Assembly: GCA_963666485.2 (NCBI GenBank)
Contig: CAXXUO010000009.1
Location: 1 to 64,000 of the forward strand
Direction of reading: 5' to 3'
Source of the DNA: Syntrophorhabdaceae bacterium
Lineage (GTDB): Bacteria; Desulfobacterota; Syntrophorhabdia; Syntrophorhabdales; Syntrophorhabdaceae
Length of the DNA stretch: 64,000 nt
The notes under the pieces are model-generated. The model saw nothing but the letters and a program-made list of their open reading frames with translations, made no database searches and was not told the origin of the DNA. Shown here in pieces: positions 9,865 through 18,404 of the stretch (position 1 is its first letter; every line of letters begins with the position of its first letter). Both the position numbers and the translations under genes were made by a program.

Positions 9865-10681
9865 ATGCCATTTACGGATATTGACGGGCGCAAGGTTTAT
9901 TACGAAGTGCACGGCGAGGCAGGCGAGACCATCATTCTTCTGCATCACGGTTTCGGGTGCATCAAGATATGGCGCGACATATTCCGCCGCTTCGTCGAGG
10001 CCGGCTACCGGGTGATCATGTTTGACCGCCGCGGCTTCGGGCGCTCCGAGGGCGGGCATGATTTTTTTTGATTTTTACGTCAGCGATCGATACAGGTCGG
10101 ACAGCGTCGAGGAACTGCGGCAGATGAAGGAGGTCCTGGCCGTCGGCCCCTGCCACCTCGTGGGCCAGTGCGAAGGCGGGGTGGTTGCCGTCGATTACGC
10201 GGCTCAATATCCGGACGATGTCACGAGCATTACGGCCGCGAGCACGCAGTGCTATAGCGACGTGCCGATGACCCAATTGAACCGCGAAAGGCTCGTCATC
10301 AATTTCAGGGACCTGGAGCCCCGCCTCCAGGCAAAGGTCATCGACTGGCACGGGGAAATGGCCGAGGTGAAATACAACCAGTTTGCCCGGTGCGGCGGGG
10401 AATACGGGGTTGATCATTTCGACCTGAGGCCAAACCTGGCAAAGGTCCTGTGCCCTGCCCTTGTTTTATACCCCGACCGGAGCTCGATCTTCTACGTTGA
10501 GCAGTCCATCGCCTTCTATCGCGGCCTGCCGAGAGGCGAGCTTGCAGTATTCCCGCGCTGCGGGCATAATACATATGAACAGAGGCCGGACGACTACGTC
10601 CGGACGGTCCTCGATTTCCTGGCGCGGGTCAGGAAGGGTGATAATCAGGCTGACAAGCCTTCTGTGTCGTGTCTGGCGTAA
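9865..10681 (+). pseudogene. Alpha/beta fold hydrolase, frameshifted at a T8 run (or sequencing error)
   Basis: ILLHHGFG and DRRGFGRS in one frame; HLVGQCEGG...CPALVLY...CGHNTY in the next; removing one T at 10062-10069 restores HDFFDFYV. Confidence 0.82.
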
Positions 10682-10695
10682 AAGACAGGTAATGG

Positions 10696-11664
10696 GTGAA
10701 GATGATGACCGGACTGTCGAAACAGGATAGGGTGCTGGGCGGTTTATGGGGTGCGGTCGTTGGGGACGCACTCGGCGTGCCTGTCGAGTTTACGAGCAGG
10801 GCGCAGAGGGAAAAAGACCCGGTCACCGACATGCGCGGCTACGGGACGTTCGACCTTCCTGCCGGAAGCTGGTCGGATGACTCGTCACTCATGTTGTGCA
10901 CGATAGAGGGCCTCCTCGATGGTTTCGACACCGGGCGCATCGGCAGGACCTTTGTCCGCTGGCTTCGGGAAGCCCATCTGACCCCTTACGGGATCGTCTT
11001 TGATGTCGGCATCGGGACAAGCCAGGCGATAAGGCACATCGAACAGGGCGTCAGCGCGGAACAGGCCGGAAGTGCCGGGGAAAAGAACAACGGCAACGGG
11101 TCTCTCATGCGGATCCTTCCGGTTGCCATCTCCTGCCTCTCCATGGCCGATGATGACATGGTCCGCCATGCGCACCGCGTCTCTTCGATCACTCATGCGC
11201 ATCCCCGCTCATTGATGGCATGCGGGATGTATTGCCTCATGGCCCGGTCGCTCATTGAAGGCAGCCCGCTCAACGACGCATACCTGTCAATGATCGAATC
11301 GGCGAAAGACATCTACGGCGGCCCGCCTTTCCTCGGGGAAATGCATCATTTCAACCGGGTCCTCGGCGGCGACATAGGTTCATACCCCGAAAAGAAGATC
11401 GAGTCGGATGGCTATGTTGTCCATACGATAGAGGCGGCCCTCTGGTGCCTCATGAATACGACATCTTACCGGGAAACCGTGCTCAAGGCAGTGAATCTCG
11501 GGCACGATACCGATACGACCGCAATCGTGGCGGGGGGCCTCGCCGGGGCGCTCTGGGGCCTTGACGCAATACCCGGGGAATGGCGCGGCACGATCGCCCG
11601 CAAAGACCACATCGATGGAATGTTCGGGGCCTTTCTGAAAAAATACGCGGGGACTTCGCCATAG
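10696..11664 (+). CDS. ADP-ribosylglycohydrolase family protein
   Basis: GAVVGDALGVPVEF, WSDDSS, GNGSLMRILP, SSITHAH, GHDTDTTAIVAGGLAG; start may be 10702. Confidence 0.93.
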   Translation: MKMMTGLSKQDRVLGGLWGAVVGDALGVPVEFTSRAQREKDPVTDMRGYGTFDLPAGSWSDDSSLMLCTIEGLLDGFDTGRIGRTFVRWLREAHLTPYGIVFDVGIGTSQAIRHIEQGVSAEQAGSAGEKNNGNGSLMRILPVAISCLSMADDDMVRHAHRVSSITHAHPRSLMACGMYCLMARSLIEGSPLNDAYLSMIESAKDIYGGPPFLGEMHHFNRVLGGDIGSYPEKKIESDGYVVHTIEAALWCLMNTTSYRETVLKAVNLGHDTDTTAIVAGGLAGALWGLDAIPGEWRGTIARKDHIDGMFGAFLKKYAGTSP

Positions 11665-11672
11665 ACCTCAAC

Positions 11673-11918
11673 GTGCATATTATCGGCTATGCGGCGGCCT
11701 GCTTCACGACCTTCTCCCTTTTACCGCAGATAATCCGCATCCGCAGGCTCAAGGAAGCCAGGGATGTTTCCCTGGTCATGCCTCTCATGGTAGCCGCCGG
11801 CTCCGTCCTCTGGCTCGTCTACGGTTACCTCATTGCCTCACCCCCGGTTGTCATCGCCAACGCCATCGCCCTCATCATCGCGATCATGACGGTAGCCTTC
11901 GCGGTAAAATACAGATAG
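11673..11918 (+). CDS. SemiSWEET/PQ-loop small transporter
   Basis: IGYAAACFTTFSLLPQI..., DVSL, LWLVYG, PVVIAN; three TM helices; start codon uncertain. Confidence 0.85.
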   Translation: MHIIGYAAACFTTFSLLPQIIRIRRLKEARDVSLVMPLMVAAGSVLWLVYGYLIASPPVVIANAIALIIAIMTVAFAVKYR

Positions 11919-11936
11919 GCCCGCGGACCCGCGGGC

Positions 11937-12076
11937 CGTTCAAGGTTCAAGGTTCAAGGTTCAAAGAAAGAGGAGGTTCAACCGTTCAACGCCCCCCCTC
12001 GTCATCCCGGCGAAGGCCGGGATCCAGTGTCTTTTATTTTTTTAACCTTGAACCTTGAACTTTGAACCTTGAACCG
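11937..12076. repeat. Composite element: (GTTCAAG)n - REP-like hairpin - (CTTGAAC)n
   Basis: Arrays at ~11938-11964 and ~12044-12075; hairpin CGTCATCCCGGCGAAGGCCGGGATCCAG at 12000-12027. Confidence 0.88.
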
Positions 12077-12091
12077 TCTTTTCGCGTGGAA

Positions 12092-12820
12092 CTATTTTTT
12101 TACGAGTTCGATCAGCTCTTTCGCATTGTTCGGCGCGTAACCACGGGCGTCGTTGTTGAAATATATGAAGACGTCGAGGCCTTCATCGAGACAGGCGCGG
12201 AGCATGCGGGAGTCTTTCTCGAGGGACTCGCGGGAATACGATGTCTCATAACTCCCCTGCACGCCATGGCGCCTTATGTACACGAAATCCGCGGTGACAG
12301 GCAGGTTCTCCAGGAATTCCGGCCAGTCCGCCATGCACAGCGCCGCGCCGTGGTTCCTGCACATGTGGGCCACTTCTTCGTTTATCCAGGAGCCGCTCCT
12401 GAATTCAAACGCATTCCAGGCCGGGTATTTGTCGAGAATGGTCAGGAATTTCTTGAACCTGTCCTTCTCAAAATGGTACGACGCGGGAAATTGCCACAAG
12501 ATGACGGACAGTTTTTCCTTGAGCGTCGAAGCCCGCGCGAAAAACTCCTCCACGAGGCCGTCGATGTCCCGAAGTTTTTTCAGGTGCGTGATAAGCCTGC
12601 TCCCTTTTAAGGCGAAGGAAAAATCGGCAGGTGTTTCATTGTACCACTTCGCGAAGGTCTCCACTCCGGGAAGCCGGTAGAATGTCACATTCAGTTCGAC
12701 CGTGGGGAATGTCCCGGAATAGTGCGCGAGCCACCTGCGGCCCGGCAATTCTGCCGGGTAGAACGTCCCTTTCCAATCCTTGTAGCTGAATCCGCTGCAT
12801 CCGATACGCAGTCGTGCCAT
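12092..12820 (-). CDS. DUF72 family protein
   Basis: RIGCSGFSYKDWKGTFYP, TVELNVTFYRLP, KGSRLITH, AFEFR, VYIRRHG, FIYFNND. Confidence 0.92.
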   Translation of the reverse strand: MARLRIGCSGFSYKDWKGTFYPAELPGRRWLAHYSGTFPTVELNVTFYRLPGVETFAKWYNETPADFSFALKGSRLITHLKKLRDIDGLVEEFFARASTLKEKLSVILWQFPASYHFEKDRFKKFLTILDKYPAWNAFEFRSGSWINEEVAHMCRNHGAALCMADWPEFLENLPVTADFVYIRRHGVQGSYETSYSRESLEKDSRMLRACLDEGLDVFIYFNNDARGYAPNNAKELIELVKK

Positions 12821-12976
12821 GAAATTAGTGTAATCATTGTCGAGGCAACGAAACCTCAACTTACTTCCAACATATGAAAATAACTGAGATTATTTAATGC
12901 GAAGGGAAATGTGGTACAATGACCGGGTTCAATGTGAGGAATATACCATGAATTCTTTTAATGTTCTTTGTTTTCC

Positions 12977-13006
12977 CGTGGAACGTGGAACGTGGAACCT
13001 GGAACG
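12977..13006 (+). repeat. Unpaired (GTGGAAC)4 array abutting an RBS
   Basis: CGTGGAACGTGGAACGTGGAACCTGGAACGGAGG then ATG at 13016. Confidence 0.8.
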
Positions 13007-13015
13007 GAGGTTTCA

Positions 13016-14293
13016 ATGAAACTGCTTCTTATTTCCGCCAACAGAACCGAGATAAACATGCGGACAATGCCCCTGGGGCTCGCTTTTGTCGCGCAGGCCC
13101 TGTCCGACAGACACCACAGCGTCCGGATGGTCGATTGCGTCGGGATCACCGATGTCGCGTCATACATCAAGGACGCGATTGATTCTTTCGGGCCGGATGT
13201 TATCGGCATATCGATCAGGAATATCGACGACCAGACGAGTGTGAACACGCAGTTCCTCTACCTGGGCGACAGGGACATCATCGCCCTTGTCAGGAGATTG
13301 TCCGACCGGCCGATCATCCTCGGGGGGGCCGGATACAGTATGTTTCCCGATGCCATCCTCGCGGACAGCGACGCGGACATGGGGATAGAAGGCGAGGGCG
13401 AAGCGGCCCTGACCCGGGTTCTTGAAAGGCTTGAAAAAGGGGAACCCCTCGATGGTATTCCCGGCCTGCACGTGAAGGGCAATCCGGGGGCCGCCAGGCC
13501 GGAACTCATCAGGGACGTGGAGAAATTCCCCTTGCCGGACCCCCGCTACATCGTAAGTTCTCCCGTCACGCCGGACACATGGGTGCCCGTGCAGACGCGG
13601 CGCGGCTGCGCCATGGACTGCAGCTACTGTTCGACGGCTTCGATCGAGGGGCGGATACTGAGGAAAAGGTCAATTGCATCCGTCGTCGAATGGCTCGGCA
13701 GGCTCGTGAAAGCCGGAGCGGCCCAGCTTTATTTTGTCGACAACACATTCAACCTTCCCCGGTCGTATGCGCTGTCACTGTGCCGCGCGATGTCCGATGC
13801 CGGGCTTCCCGTAAAATGGCGCTGCATAGTCTACCCATGGCGCATTGATGAAGAGCTTGTGTCTGCCATGGCGGCGGCGGGATGTTTCGAGATATCCTTA
13901 GGATCGGAAAGCGCCGACGACGAGGTCCTTCGCCTCATGAACAAGCGTTTCCGGCGCGACGAGGTCGCAGCGGCATCGCGTCTGTTCAAAAAGCACGGCA
14001 TACGGCAGATGGGCTTCCTGATGCTCGGGGCCCCCGGAGATACACGGCAGTCCGTGGAGGAAACGCTGGCCTTCGCCGCTTCCCTCAAATATGACCTTCT
14101 CAAGGTCACCGTCGGCATCAGGATCTACCCTCACACCGCCCTCGCCGAAGAAGCATTGAAGCAGGGGATCATACAACCTGATGATACGCTTCTCGAGCCC
14201 CGGTTTTATATAACGCCGGGACTGGATGAAGAATGGATCAGAGAGACCGTGGACAAATACGGTTCCAGTCATCCGAATTGGATACTGGGGTAA
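13016..14293 (+). CDS. Cobalamin-binding radical SAM protein
   Basis: PLGLAFVA, PDVIGISIRNID, GEGE, RGCAMDCSYC (CxxxCxxC), FVDNTFN. Confidence 0.92.
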   Translation: MKLLLISANRTEINMRTMPLGLAFVAQALSDRHHSVRMVDCVGITDVASYIKDAIDSFGPDVIGISIRNIDDQTSVNTQFLYLGDRDIIALVRRLSDRPIILGGAGYSMFPDAILADSDADMGIEGEGEAALTRVLERLEKGEPLDGIPGLHVKGNPGAARPELIRDVEKFPLPDPRYIVSSPVTPDTWVPVQTRRGCAMDCSYCSTASIEGRILRKRSIASVVEWLGRLVKAGAAQLYFVDNTFNLPRSYALSLCRAMSDAGLPVKWRCIVYPWRIDEELVSAMAAAGCFEISLGSESADDEVLRLMNKRFRRDEVAAASRLFKKHGIRQMGFLMLGAPGDTRQSVEETLAFAASLKYDLLKVTVGIRIYPHTALAEEALKQGIIQPDDTLLEPRFYITPGLDEEWIRETVDKYGSSHPNWILG

Positions 14294-14684
14294 AGACGGT
14301 TCAAGGTTCAAAGTTCAAGGTTCAAAGAAAAGGCGATTCAACCATTCAATATCTCCCTCGTCATCCCGGTGCTTGACACCGGGATCCAAGGTTTTGCCCG
14401 TCATACCGTCAGCTTCTTCGGTAACGAGAACAAAGACGCTGGATACTGGGGTAAAGACGGTTCAAGGTTCAAAGTTCAAGGTTCAAAGAAAAGGCGATTC
14501 AACCATTCAATATCTCCCTCGTCATCCCGGTGCTTGACACCGGGATCCAAGGTTTTGCCCGTCATACCGTCAGCTTCTTCGGTAACGAGAACAAAGACGC
14601 TGGATTCCCGCTTCGCGGGAATGACGAATCCGCTAGTAATTCGCGGTTTTTTAACCTTGAACCTTGAACTTTGAACCTTGAACC
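14279..14684. repeat. Composite GTTCAAG element with three REP-like hairpins and an exact 161-bp tandem duplication
   Basis: 14279-14439 repeated at 14440-14600; 14298-14325 is the exact reverse complement of 14657-14684; hairpins at ~14359, ~14520, ~14601. Confidence 0.9.
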
Positions 14685-14688
14685 AACG

Positions 14689-16251
14689 TCAGTTAGTATA
14701 GTTTATTTCCAGTATGCGATCGATGCGAAAATGTCGTTCTTCATTGCGGAGGAGGCAGTGGGCGCGCAGGCCTTCGAAGGGTTTTCCCTTGAATTCCATG
14801 GGCTCTATGGCAAGGGGGGCTATGACGCGGCGCGATTTTGTGTCGTTGGGCTTGAGATAGAGGATCTCGATGTTGATGCCCCGCCGAATGGCGTCCCGTA
14901 TGATGTCGCTGCGCTCGTCGTAGCTCGAAAGCTCGTCCGCTTTTTGGTATTGGAACATGGTGAGGAATTTTGCAACGCGCCAATCCATCCGTATGTGCTT
15001 CTTCGTTATCTTCTTTGTCAGGGTTATCCCGCCGAAATTCGTGCAGCGGCTTAAGGCGACATACACCTGCCCGTGCGCGAACGCACCGCGGCCCATGTCT
15101 ATGACGACCCGGTCGAACGTTTTTCCCTGGCTTTTGTGGATCGTGACAGCCCATGCAAGGCGTATCGGGTACTGGGTAAACGTGCCCGTCGTATGCGTCG
15201 AGATCTTTTTCGTCTTGCGGTCGTAGTCGTATTCGAAAAGTTCCCAGAGGTTCGGTGTGACCTCGACCATTTTCCCGTCATTCAAGCGCACGAGGACCCG
15301 GTCCTCTTCCCCGCTTACTTTACTCAGCCCTTTCACTATCCCGAGGGTGCCGTTCACCCAGCGGCCGAACTTGTCATTGTTGACGAGCATGATCTGCGCC
15401 CCGGGCTTCAAGGTCAGGTGTTCGTCCGCGGGCAGTGATGACCTTTCGAAGAGGCCGCTCATCTTGCCGGTCAGGGTAAATGCGCGGTCAGGCAGGGCTT
15501 CGAGCATCTCGAGATTCCGTTCCGTTGCGAGGTCGTTCGTACTTGTAAGCGTTATGACAAAACCGTCGGCCGGTACATCGGCCTCGGGCCGGTGGTTCTT
15601 GTTGAGCCGCTCGATATCGCCGTCGGTGCATGTCCGGTTCCGGATGCCGTTCAAAAGTTCGATGAAATCCTGTTCAGTCTGGCGGTACACTTTTTCAAGT
15701 TCGATATATTCCATCGAAAAGGTGCGCTCTTTAAACACCTGGGCCGAAAAAAAATAGGGGGATTCGTACCGGTGGCTGAATATCTCCCTTTCCGCAGAAG
15801 CAACGACAGGGGGCAACTGATAGAGGTCGCCGACAAAGATCATCTGGACGCCCCCGAACCATTGTTTCCCGTACGGCCCGTTGAGCCTCAGGAATTTCTC
15901 GATGCAGTCAAGGAGGTCCGCCCGGACCATCGACACCTCGTCGATGATGATCGTATCGAATTCCTTGTATATAGCGCTGTCAGGGCCGCCTATCTTCTTC
16001 ACCTTTTCCGGCGTGATGCTCGGCTTGAACCCGAAAAAAGAGTGAATGGTCTGTCCCTCGACATTCAGGGCGGCAACGCCGGTAGGCGCGAGGACCGCGA
16101 CATCTTTTTGGGTGTTCTGGCGAAAATATTCGAGGAGCGTCGACTTGCCCGTTCCCGCCTTCCCGGTGATGAAAACATGCTTGTTCGTCTCCTCCATGAG
16201 CTCAAGCGCTCTCTGGAATTCGGGGTTGATCTCGATGAATGAGCGGCGCAT
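14689..16251 (-). CDS. Pif1/RecD-like SF1B DNA helicase with C-terminal WYL domain
   Basis: GKAGTGKS, APTGVAA, IIDEVSMV, GDLYQLPPV, VYRQ, AWAVTIHKSQGKT, YVALSR; C-terminal IEILY..RRVIAP..LRAHCLLRNEERHFRIDRI. Confidence 0.9.
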   Translation of the reverse strand: MRRSFIEINPEFQRALELMEETNKHVFITGKAGTGKSTLLEYFRQNTQKDVAVLAPTGVAALNVEGQTIHSFFGFKPSITPEKVKKIGGPDSAIYKEFDTIIIDEVSMVRADLLDCIEKFLRLNGPYGKQWFGGVQMIFVGDLYQLPPVVASAEREIFSHRYESPYFFSAQVFKERTFSMEYIELEKVYRQTEQDFIELLNGIRNRTCTDGDIERLNKNHRPEADVPADGFVITLTSTNDLATERNLEMLEALPDRAFTLTGKMSGLFERSSLPADEHLTLKPGAQIMLVNNDKFGRWVNGTLGIVKGLSKVSGEEDRVLVRLNDGKMVEVTPNLWELFEYDYDRKTKKISTHTTGTFTQYPIRLAWAVTIHKSQGKTFDRVVIDMGRGAFAHGQVYVALSRCTNFGGITLTKKITKKHIRMDWRVAKFLTMFQYQKADELSSYDERSDIIRDAIRRGINIEILYLKPNDTKSRRVIAPLAIEPMEFKGKPFEGLRAHCLLRNEERHFRIDRILEINYTN

Positions 16252-16275
16252 CGCACCAATTGTAGCATAAAAGAT

Positions 16276-16390
16276 GGTTCAAGGTTCAAGGTTCAAGGTT
16301 CAAGAAAAAAGAAGGGGGGGCGTGTCGGAGGTGAACACCGTGTTCATCGTTCTGTTTCTAACCTTGAACCTTGAACTTTGAACCTTGAAC
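16276..16390. repeat. Inverted heptamer arrays (GGTTCAA)4 ... (CTTGAAC)4 around a small palindrome
   Basis: Arrays at 16276-16303 and ~16362-16390; GAACACCGTGTTC at ~16333-16345. Confidence 0.85.
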
Positions 16391-16476
16391 GTTTTTCGAG
16401 CAGGGTTGACGAACCGCTTTTTTATGCACAATCTGACTTATAGGACCTACGAGAGAGGATGTCCGGGGAGGTAGCT

Positions 16477-17118
16477 ATGAGCAATGGGAAGAGGCCGCTC
16501 GATCCTGAAATGGGCCCGGATCCCGCGGGGGGACCGGGAAAGAATGCGACGGAAAATGGATCGAAGATAGACGAATTTATCGACAGGGTGCAGTCGTCGT
16601 CACATACCGGGGATACGACAGTAAAGGCGGGCAATGGGAAACCTGCAGAAAAAAGGGCCCACGAGACCTATTCAGAGATCAACCAATCCCACGATGCTCT
16701 CCTCAATGAACTCGAATCTTCCATGGACCGAAGCATGGCGGAATTGGACACCCGGTATGATCAGGAATTTTCCCGGCTCGACCGTGAATCACGCGAGGAG
16801 GAAAAAAGCGGACCGGACACCTGTGCGCAGCAGGCCGACAGGATGGAACAACGGCTTCGCGAATGCGGAACAAAGGTGGAACAACTGAGGGCACGTCTCG
16901 AGCGGTCAGAAAAAGAGGTGCTCGACCGATGCAGCAACGAGATCGAGATACTGAAACAGCAACTGGCTGAGGCACACCGAAGACTGGCAAAAATAGAAGG
17001 GACTGACGAAGAAGGCTGGGGCCGCGTCAAAGAGAGCCTGTCAGCCCTTGCACAGGACATGAGCAGGGCCGTGAAAGCACTCGTCGCACGGGTGAGAGAG
17101 GCGAAAGCAAGACAATAA
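16477..17118 (+). CDS. Hypothetical coiled-coil protein
   Basis: GGAGG RBS before ATG 16477; charged helical composition; C-terminal EEGWGRVKESL. Confidence 0.7.
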   Translation: MSNGKRPLDPEMGPDPAGGPGKNATENGSKIDEFIDRVQSSSHTGDTTVKAGNGKPAEKRAHETYSEINQSHDALLNELESSMDRSMAELDTRYDQEFSRLDRESREEEKSGPDTCAQQADRMEQRLRECGTKVEQLRARLERSEKEVLDRCSNEIEILKQQLAEAHRRLAKIEGTDEEGWGRVKESLSALAQDMSRAVKALVARVREAKARQ

Positions 17119-17122
17119 AAAA

Positions 17123-17152
17123 AGGTTTCAGGTTCCAGGTCCCAGGTTCCAC
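17123..17152 (+). repeat. Degenerate GGTTCCA heptamer array
   Basis: GGTTTCA GGTTCCA GGTCCCA GGTTCCA. Confidence 0.7.
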
Positions 17153-17222
17153 GTTAAAAGAAGTCTCCGGAAATATAACAATCTGGATTAGAGAGTCCGG
17201 AACAGTATTAAAAGCCGAATAG

Positions 17223-18035
17223 TCAGCGCGAGGGACGTCTCTTCCTTGGACGGTTCGTTTCTTCCGGGACGAATTCATCGGGCGGAGAAAGCGGTGCGCC
17301 TGATGTCCGTGATATGTAGGCGTCGGATGTCTCGTCATCATCCGGCAGGGCCTCGTCGGTCCTTTCATCGTCGTTAAGCTTGCGCCTTCCGTGGGCCCGT
17401 TCATCCGTTTCCCATGACAGGGGATCTATCGTCACATGGTCTGTCAGGGTGCTGATGCCGATCCCGTCGAGAAGGATCTCGAGGAGTATCTGGTGCTGCG
17501 CTTCGCTCGGCAGGAAGCCGTCGAGGTGTATTATCCCGCGGTCACATTCGATGCTCAACTCCTCGAGGTCGACCCGCCCATCCTCTTCAAGTTCATTGAG
17601 AACATAACGCAGGATCTCGTCGTCCGGCAGTCCCTCGAGGTCGGGGGGCAGTTCGGGGTATTCATCGTCCTCTCCGGGGCTATCCCGCGAAACACCTTCG
17701 CTCTGGGCCTGACAGGCCGAGCACAGGGGCGCCCACGGCAGGGCTTGAAGCCGCTTCTGCCCGATCTCGCGGCCGCACCTTTCACAGGACCCGTATTTTC
17801 CGGCATCGATTTTTTTAAGCGCCGCGACGATGGCGTTGAGCTGGCTTTCCTCGGAGTCGTCCATTCCCGACATCGGCTCGAGCAGGCCGTCCTTCTGCGC
17901 ATTCTCCTCGAATTCCACCTCCCGTTCGACAAGCTCCTCCCGATCCCCTTTAAGCCGCGCGTGCGTGTCGAAGGCGCGGTCAAGTTCCTGCAGCAGCCGT
18001 GCTCTCAATTGGGCTAATTTTTCCTGTGTAAGCAT
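17223..18035 (-). CDS. TraR/DksA C4 zinc-finger protein fused to a BON-like domain
   Basis: ALKKIDAGKYGSCERCGREIG.KRLQALPWAPLCSACQ; DDEILRYV...GIIHLDGFLPS...GISTLTDHV. Confidence 0.82.
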   Translation of the reverse strand: MLTQEKLAQLRARLLQELDRAFDTHARLKGDREELVEREVEFEENAQKDGLLEPMSGMDDSEESQLNAIVAALKKIDAGKYGSCERCGREIGQKRLQALPWAPLCSACQAQSEGVSRDSPGEDDEYPELPPDLEGLPDDEILRYVLNELEEDGRVDLEELSIECDRGIIHLDGFLPSEAQHQILLEILLDGIGISTLTDHVTIDPLSWETDERAHGRRKLNDDERTDEALPDDDETSDAYISRTSGAPLSPPDEFVPEETNRPRKRRPSR

Positions 18036-18095
18036 GAGGGCTCTCCTTATATAGAAGAACTAAGGCGAATATAGAGACCTGTCAACGGTAAGGAT

Positions 18096-18387
18096 GGTTC
18101 AAGGTTCAAAGTTCAAGGTTCAAGGATAAAAAAAGGATAAAAGACGGTTCAAACCGTTCAACGGCTCAGGTGCAAGAATGTTCCACGTTGAACGTTAAAA
18201 TGACGACTCACTGATCTACCCGTCATTCCCGCGAAGCGGGAATCCAGCGTCTTTATCGTTAATTGTGTTCCCTCACTGCTGTCATCCCGGCGAAGGCCGG
18301 GATCCAGGGTTTTTTTCGTAGATTACCACCTTCCCGGGAATGACGGGAATGGTATGGTTTTTTAACTTTGAACCTTGAACCTTGAAC
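18096..18387. repeat. Composite GTTCAAG element with a cluster of REP-like hairpins
   Basis: Arrays at 18096-18125 and ~18364-18387; hairpins at 18221-18247, 18281-18307 and a truncated inverted copy at ~18331-18345. Confidence 0.85.
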
Positions 18388-18404
18388 AATTTTTTTTACG
18401 CGGT

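Noticed and set aside
10069..10071. TGA as a selenocysteine or readthrough codon
   Set aside because: The protein continues in a different frame, so this is a frameshift, not in-frame recoding
10696..11664. DraG nitrogenase switch linked to the NifA-like regulator and GlnK/AmtB
   Set aside because: No draT or nif genes in the window; the gene sits in an unrelated operon and generic ADP-ribosylglycohydrolases are widespread
12977..17152. GTGGAAC array at 12977 and GGTTCCA array at 17123 as ends of one 4-kb composite transposon
   Set aside because: The right array is degenerate, the orientation is opposite to the other paired elements, and no target duplication or transposase is visible
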